A stretch of DNA of 47,123 nt, taken from an uncultured archaeon. Its GTDB lineage: Archaea > Altiarchaeota > Altiarchaeia > IMC4 > SCGC-AAA252-I15. The DNA lies in NCBI GenBank assembly GCA_902384455.1, contig CABMCB010000032.1, forward strand, positions 1-47,123. Direction: 5' to 3'. The notes beneath the pieces were generated by a model. That model was not told the origin of the DNA and did no database searches. It saw only the letters and a program-made list of their open reading frames with translations. The translations under genes were made by a program, and so were the position numbers. This document shows positions 41,994 to 47,123 of the stretch, in pieces (the stretch's first letter is position 1; every line of letters starts with the position of its first letter).

Positions 41994-42973
41994 TGCGGTG
42001 AGTGCGTGCTCATTCTGGTGATTGTGTATGATTCTTCTTTGGCTTTTCTTCTAGGTTGAGTCAGGCGGACGAGACGTTTGGCCGGGCCGGGTATGCTTCC
42101 GTGGAGAAGTACGTAGGGGCCTTGCACTGGGCCGTACCTGAGGAATCCTCCTTTGGGCGTTATTTCAGTTCCGTCTTCGCCCAGCTTGAGGACTACTTTG
42201 TTTAGTTCGACTCGGCCGTGGAATCCTAGTTGGCCGGGTTGGTGTTCTGTGTAGACTTTTCTGCTTGGCACCCATGCTCCGCCGCTTCCTATGTGGCGGC
42301 GTTTTTTGGTGCTTTTGTGGTGTTGCTGGCGTGTGCCTGCACGTTTGATTACGCCTTGGAATCCTTTGCCTTTGGTGACTGATACGACGTCGACGTGCTG
42401 GTTTTCCTTGAATAGTTCTTTAGCGCTGATTTCCTTCCCTAAGACGCCTTCAGCATATGCGATTTGCGCCGCGACGTCTCCGCCGATAGCCAACTCCATT
42501 ACGTCAGGGTTTTTGCGCGCGAAAGGTATCTTGGACGGCTGAGTGGCAACAATCAAGTGGATTTCAGTGTATTGGTCGGCCGACTCCTTTAGGGCGGCGA
42601 GTTTTTTCGCTGTGTTCGGCTTTTTGGCGACCGGCACGCTTCTGCTGAGGTCTTCAGGGAGTTTTTCCGCCCAGACTTCAGTAGCTGACGGTTTGCCGCC
42701 GTATCCTTGCGAGTAGGCGCGGATTCCGACGACGAACAGCGGAGGAATTTGGATGACGGTTACGGGTATGAAAATTTCGAGGCCGGAAGTCGGAGTGTTT
42801 TTCCGGTTGTCTGTGGCCATGACGTGGGTCATTCCGGCTTTGTATCCGGCAAACCCCAGCGGCATGGGAGTGTCGCTTTTAGGCCAGTTCTTTATGCGGT
42901 GGCTTATTTTCTTAACTCTCTTGCGAGGTAAGTAGGCGAGCGACCCTGCGTGGGGTTTGTTTGTTTTTGCCAT
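41990..42973 (-). CDS. rpl3: 50S ribosomal protein L3 (uL3)
   Basis: GSLAYLPRKR, FAGYKAGMTH, TKGKGFQG and TPKGGF..YG. Confidence 0.97.
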   Translation of the reverse strand: MAKTNKPHAGSLAYLPRKRVKKISHRIKNWPKSDTPMPLGFAGYKAGMTHVMATDNRKNTPTSGLEIFIPVTVIQIPPLFVVGIRAYSQGYGGKPSATEVWAEKLPEDLSRSVPVAKKPNTAKKLAALKESADQYTEIHLIVATQPSKIPFARKNPDVMELAIGGDVAAQIAYAEGVLGKEISAKELFKENQHVDVVSVTKGKGFQGVIKRAGTRQQHHKSTKKRRHIGSGGAWVPSRKVYTEHQPGQLGFHGRVELNKVVLKLGEDGTEITPKGGFLRYGPVQGPYVLLHGSIPGPAKRLVRLTQPRRKAKEESYTITRMSTHSPQ

Positions 42974-43043
42974 TGTGTGAGTGTGAAATCTGAGAGACGG
43001 AAAGAGGATTTTGTATCCCGAGTTTAAATACTTTGAGAACGCC

Positions 43044-43110
43044 TTGCCCGACTCTCATTACAAGACGTCCTATGAGCGGAGAATTCGACTTCTCCGTCTC
43101 TGCCGGGCAA
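43044..43110 (-). ncRNA. Candidate structured RNA (three-way junction) upstream of rpl3
   Basis: P1 UUGCCCGGC/GUCGGGCAA, P2 CGGAGAA/UUCUCCG and P3 CUCAU/AUGAG. TTTTAAA box about 25 nt upstream on the minus strand. Confidence 0.5.
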
Positions 43111-43155
43111 CGAGAAAAGTATAGGCATTTATGGTTTAAAAACAATTTGGTTGTC

Positions 43156-43983
43156 ATGTTGGATGCAGCAGCCGATTTCCTATACCAGCGCTTTGTCGTA
43201 CCGGGGTACGATTGGGTGGACACGCCCACATACGGCATCATACTCGGCCTTGCGCTTTTGTATTTGGTCATACCGGTGGTGAAAAGAACGGGCGTAAAGT
43301 TCGATAAGCCCTTCGTTTATGCGCTCGCCCCTTTCGTCATATTCGGCGCCACCACCCGCGAACTTGTGGACAGGAAACTGGGAGTGTACGCTCTGTCCGG
43401 CGAGTATCCCCACAACTTCTACCTTGTTTCCCCCACGATATTTCTTACTATGTTCGCGGTGACCGCGGCGATACTTTACGCTTCAGTCCTAATTCAACGC
43501 CGCTTCAAAATACCGTACTATAAGCCGATGGCCGCCGTAGGACTTTTGTTTTCTTTGTATAACGTGGTTCTTATCTTGGGTAGCGCCGAGGACTATGCTT
43601 CGATAGGATTCGCGCTGGTTGTTTTCCTTCTGCTTTCAGTCTTGGTGTTCAGCGTTGCCTCCGTATGGAAAATTCAGTTTGTAAGAAGAGAAGGAAACTG
43701 GCTCGTCATAGCCGCCCACCTGCTTGACGCCTCAGCCACATACGTAGGAGTCGACTTGAAAGGCCATTTGGAACAGCACGTCCTGCCCAACCTCCTCATA
43801 CACAATTTCGGAACAGCCGCAGTGATGTTTCCCCTCAAGCTCGCCGTAGTGCTGCCCGCGCTCTACGTCATAGACAAAGAAATGGCCGACGACGAAACTG
43901 GCCGCAGGGTGATTAAGCTTGCGGTTTTCGTTTTGGGCGCCGGACCTGCGTTGAGGGATTTGACTCTTCTATTGATGGGTTAA
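43156..43983 (+). CDS. DUF63 family membrane protein
   Basis: GY..VDT.TYG, PFVIFG...R.L.D, AHLLDASATYVG, EQHVL and LG.GPALRD. Start set at ATG 43156. Confidence 0.85.
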   Translation: MLDAAADFLYQRFVVPGYDWVDTPTYGIILGLALLYLVIPVVKRTGVKFDKPFVYALAPFVIFGATTRELVDRKLGVYALSGEYPHNFYLVSPTIFLTMFAVTAAILYASVLIQRRFKIPYYKPMAAVGLLFSLYNVVLILGSAEDYASIGFALVVFLLLSVLVFSVASVWKIQFVRREGNWLVIAAHLLDASATYVGVDLKGHLEQHVLPNLLIHNFGTAAVMFPLKLAVVLPALYVIDKEMADDETGRRVIKLAVFVLGAGPALRDLTLLLMG

Positions 43984-45611
43984 GTGAGGATTTCTTCGTC
44001 AGACTCCTTTTCGCCTTCCGCCAAAAAGACGGAGTCCACTATGAACTCCAATTGGTCTGAGAAGTCGTTGTATTTCACGCGCCCCAACAAAGAAACCGGC
44101 TTCTCCAAAAGAGCCTCCTTCGCTTCAGCAATAGGCGCCAGCTCATCCTGGCTCTTCTCAATCAAAGCCACCGCATCACCGGTCGCAATACCCAAAATCT
44201 TTTCTGCCGAAGACCTGAATGCGACGGCGCGGACGTTACCAGTCTCATCTTCAACAACCAAACTAACCACAAGATTAGGACTGCCATCATCGCTCGCGTA
44301 AACGCAAGGCCTATCCTCAACCTCGACTATTACGCCGGATATGCGGACGTTCTTGTCGCCGTTCTCCAGCTCCCCAATGTCCTTTTCCTGCGCCAACGCC
44401 GCCTTAATGTCGGCGGCCAACGGAGCATCCACGTCGCTTGCCTGACTCAGAGTGCCGTACTTGCCTATGTGGACTTCAGGCTCATTGGTGAGGTTGCTTT
44501 TGCTGTAAGCATTTATGATTCTGACTCCGTCACCCGCCTTCAAAACTTCTGCGACCACGACCTTATCATCCCACAATACTACGCGGATGCTCCCAGTCGC
44601 GTCCCCAACAACAAGAGAAGCCATACGACCCCCAGAATACTCCCGCGGAGGATACACCTGAAGGACGCGGCCGTCTATGTTGAATCCGCTTGCGTTTGAT
44701 TCTATTTCTGCGACAGTGATTTTTTCTTTCTTTTCCTTTATTGACGGGAGTTTTAGTTTTTTATTGGAGTGCTCGACTCTGCTTCGGCTTCCTGCTTGTA
44801 GTTCCACTCCGGTTCCGCCGAATCCGGCGCGGGTGTAGCCGTTCTCGATTTTTACTGTGTCTCCGACTTTCAACTGCAGATCCGCCGCCGAATCCCACAG
44901 TACTACTCTGACTTTGCCGGACTCGTCTTCGCCGATAAAAGACGCGCGCTTTCCTTTTGTGCCGTCTGAACGTGCGAACTCGACCGGCGGGTAATAAGAT
45001 GCCACACGGCACACAACAGTGACGGAAGGATTGCCCGCCTCCAACGCGGCCACGTCAATCACCTTCTCATGGACGTCCGGCAAATCAACTCCCTCGTCTT
45101 TAGGATTAACCGAGACCGTAGTGCTAGAGCCGGCATGAATCTCAATTGCGCCATTATTATCTTTACTGTAACCATTCCTCACCAAAAGAACATCCCCCAC
45201 GCGAACGGACTTTACCAGTTCAGCGCGATTATCCCACAAAACAACCCGCCTCTCGCCGCCCTTATCCATCAACACGACGCTCGCAAAAACACCCCGCGAA
45301 CCATCCTTCTTACCGAACTCCTTAGGGGAAAAAACCGCCTTAACACGTCCGACGACATTAACTGACGGCGAGGGTTTGACGTCGGAGAGCTTTGTCAGAG
45401 GAGGCGCCTTGAATCCTTTTGATTTGTGTGAACCATCACCGGAATCGTTTAAATCTGCGCCCAACTCTTTGGCGACCGCATAGATAGCGCCGTAATCGGA
45501 GAGGAGGCCGTGTGTCCGTTCGCGGCGTTCGCGCATCTTCTCGCGGATTTCCTTCTCGCTGCAGCCTGATGCTTTAGCCACGCTTCGAACAAGCTCGTCT
45601 ACGTCCGTCAT
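43980..45611 (-). CDS. rpa: Replication protein A (multi-OB-fold ssDNA-binding protein)
   Basis: N-terminal helical domain and four OB folds (D.xG..RVVLWD three times; EDETGNVRAVAF). Confidence 0.9.
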   Translation of the reverse strand: MTDVDELVRSVAKASGCSEKEIREKMRERRERTHGLLSDYGAIYAVAKELGADLNDSGDGSHKSKGFKAPPLTKLSDVKPSPSVNVVGRVKAVFSPKEFGKKDGSRGVFASVVLMDKGGERRVVLWDNRAELVKSVRVGDVLLVRNGYSKDNNGAIEIHAGSSTTVSVNPKDEGVDLPDVHEKVIDVAALEAGNPSVTVVCRVASYYPPVEFARSDGTKGKRASFIGEDESGKVRVVLWDSAADLQLKVGDTVKIENGYTRAGFGGTGVELQAGSRSRVEHSNKKLKLPSIKEKKEKITVAEIESNASGFNIDGRVLQVYPPREYSGGRMASLVVGDATGSIRVVLWDDKVVVAEVLKAGDGVRIINAYSKSNLTNEPEVHIGKYGTLSQASDVDAPLAADIKAALAQEKDIGELENGDKNVRISGVIVEVEDRPCVYASDDGSPNLVVSLVVEDETGNVRAVAFRSSAEKILGIATGDAVALIEKSQDELAPIAEAKEALLEKPVSLLGRVKYNDFSDQLEFIVDSVFLAEGEKESDEEILT

Positions 45612-45649
45612 ACGACAACCCAATAGGAAACAGAGTAATAAAAGGGGGT

Positions 45650-46252
45650 TTATTCTTCAGGCTTCTTTTTCATGTAAAGCCACACTGAAGCGGCCCCTAA
45701 GATGACGCCGGCAAAAAGCAACAGCACTCCGGCGCCTACTACAAACATGGGGATAGGTGAACCTTCTTCAGCCGCTGTAGACTCTGTGTTAGGGGAGTTA
45801 GGCTGCGGCAGGGTTGTCGCAGGCTCAGGTTCGACCGGCAGCTCAGCATTGCCTTCGCCTAAGTTGATTACGCCAAACGAAGAAGCGTCAGACCTTGTTG
45901 ACCTGACTCCCGACCATACTCCGCTTGCGCCGTCTGCGCGAACGGTAACCTGGATTCTGTCGCCCGCCTGCACGCACACGCTACCGTCAGCTCCCGGCAG
46001 ATTCGCTAACTGAAAACTCAGCAAGCCGTTTGTGGGCGTGTATCCGGCGTAACTTGTTGCTGTAGTGTTTTTGAGTGGGCCGGATAGTATTGAGATTTCC
46101 GCGTCTACTGTTTCTGGTATGGTTTAACCGTGTTTTATTAGCCCCATTAGCACATGCGGTGAACATGTTCCTGCGGGCAGACTTTGGGCTGATGCGTACG
46201 GTAGTGTAGACAGAAGTAGGATGAAAGATAAGAGACGGGAGAAAGAAAACAT
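45650..46252 (-). pseudogene. Membrane-anchored secreted protein (200 codons) interrupted by in-frame TAA at 46124-46126
   Basis: ATG 46252 gives signal peptide MFSFSRLLSFILLLSTLPYASA-Q, then ...KHG*TIPE... in frame with ORF 45650-46024, which ends in a Pro/Thr linker, TM helix and KKK. Confidence 0.7.
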
Positions 46253-46257
46253 GGGGA

Positions 46258-46278
46258 AGGGGGAGCAATGCTCCCCCT
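46258..46278. promoter_or_regulatory. Perfect 10-bp inverted repeat (operator or terminator-like)
   Basis: AGGGGGAGCA-A-TGCTCCCCCT in a 40-bp intergenic gap. Confidence 0.45.
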
Positions 46279-46292
46279 CAATTTAAGGGTTT

Positions 46293-47123
46293 TTATGACG
46301 ACCCTTTGTCGCCTCCTTTCTTTAGGAGGAGTACCAGTATGCCGCCGATTATCAATAGTACTATTATGATAATCAGGATTGTTCCCATTCCTAGTCCTCC
46401 GGATGGAGGCTCAGGTTGAGCAACAGTCGTCGTTGTGACTGGCGCTGACGGCACTGTAGTGGTGGTCGTAGGCGCTGGTTTTACAGTTGTGGTGGTCGTT
46501 GGGATTGGTATTGGAGGAGTGCATGGGTTGCAGTTTGGTCCTCCGCAGTCTACTTCAGTTTCTCCTTGGTTTAGTACGCCGTCGTAGCATGTGCCTTCTC
46601 TTTTGGTTGTCGTTGTGGCCTTGGGCACTGTGCTAGTTGTCGTCGACGGAGCAACTGTTGTTGTTGTAACAGCGCAGTTCTTTACCGTAACTGTTATGCT
46701 CTTGTCGGTGTAACCTGTGGTGGATGCGCTAACTTCGTAGTCTCCGGTTGACTTGGGCGTGAAAGTGTATTCGCCGTTGCTGTCTGTTGTGCCGGAGAAC
46801 TCTACCGCACCGTTCAGGCGGACTTTAACAGTTACTCCTGACAGAGGAACATTGTTGGTGTTTGTCGTAGTGATTTTCACTGCAGTATTAACGCAGTATC
46901 CGCGCGCATCAACGTTTACCGCATCAACATTCAAATCTTTGTGACCGCGTCCGCCGGGTCGTCCTGTTGTGGTGGACGTAGTTGAGGACGTTGTTGTGGT
47001 GGATCCTTCTGGAATTGTTGTTGTGGTCGTAGTTGTCGTGGTTGTAGTTGTCGTAGTGTTTGTCTTAGTCGTTGTTGTCGTGGGTGTAGTTGTCGTTGTG
47101 GTTGTGGTTGACGAAGATTTCGG
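46293..47123 (-). CDS. Thr-rich cell-surface glycoprotein, C-terminal part (5' end outside window)
   Basis: Frame is open from 47123. Poly-Thr linkers, a prealbumin/CarboxypepD_reg-like beta domain (GVTVKV...TTDSNGEYTF), a TCYDGVLNQGETEVDCGGPNCNPC motif and a C-terminal TM plus KK. Confidence 0.88.
   Translation of the reverse strand, partial: PKSSSTTTTTTTTPTTTTTKTNTTTTTTTTTTTTTTIPEGSTTTTSSTTSTTTGRPGGRGHKDLNVDAVNVDARGYCVNTAVKITTTNTNNVPLSGVTVKVRLNGAVEFSGTTDSNGEYTFTPKSTGDYEVSASTTGYTDKSITVTVKNCAVTTTTVAPSTTTSTVPKATTTTKREGTCYDGVLNQGETEVDCGGPNCNPCTPPIPIPTTTTTVKPAPTTTTTVPSAPVTTTTVAQPEPPSGGLGMGTILIIIIVLLIIGGILVLLLKKGGDKGSS

Noticed and set aside
43044-43110. Structured element as a tRNA or hammerhead ribozyme
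   Set aside because: It has only three helices with no proper T and anticodon arm geometry, and no CUGANGA/GAAA core on either strand.
46960-47123. GTT/GTC/GTG tandem repeats as a possible CRISPR array or satellite
   Set aside because: They encode poly-Thr linkers; no repeat-spacer structure or cas genes are seen in the window.

Overview
Archaeal chromosomal segment of mostly housekeeping genes. Evidence for Archaea: TBP, aEF-1alpha, aEF-2, eS4, Rpp29, DGGGP synthase and pelota. Thr-rich surface proteins and gene content suggest an Altiarchaeota/DPANN-related lineage, which is an inference. The window holds metX (partial), tbp, smc, cdc48, argJ, purF, tpiA, ppa, rpa, four tRNAs, a GT-C glycosylation cluster and a bacterial-type pterin operon (folE-Nudix-folM-folB/folX). 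A ~13 kb ribosomal operon joins the S10/spc block (L3 to S14) directly to S7-EF2-EF1a-S10. The most unusual observations are: (1) tRNA-Gln and tRNA-Thr are each preceded 91-98 bp upstream by a copy of their own 5' end, with palindromic hairpins in between; (2) pelota carries a single in-frame UGA followed by a hairpin, and a second gene carries an in-frame UAA; (3) a three-way-junction RNA with an alternative pairing lies upstream of rpl3; (4) purF probably starts at ATT; (5) aIF1, uS17 and RPA have each lost their Cys/Zn motifs. All calls are by eye from the sequence and ORF track; no searches were run.
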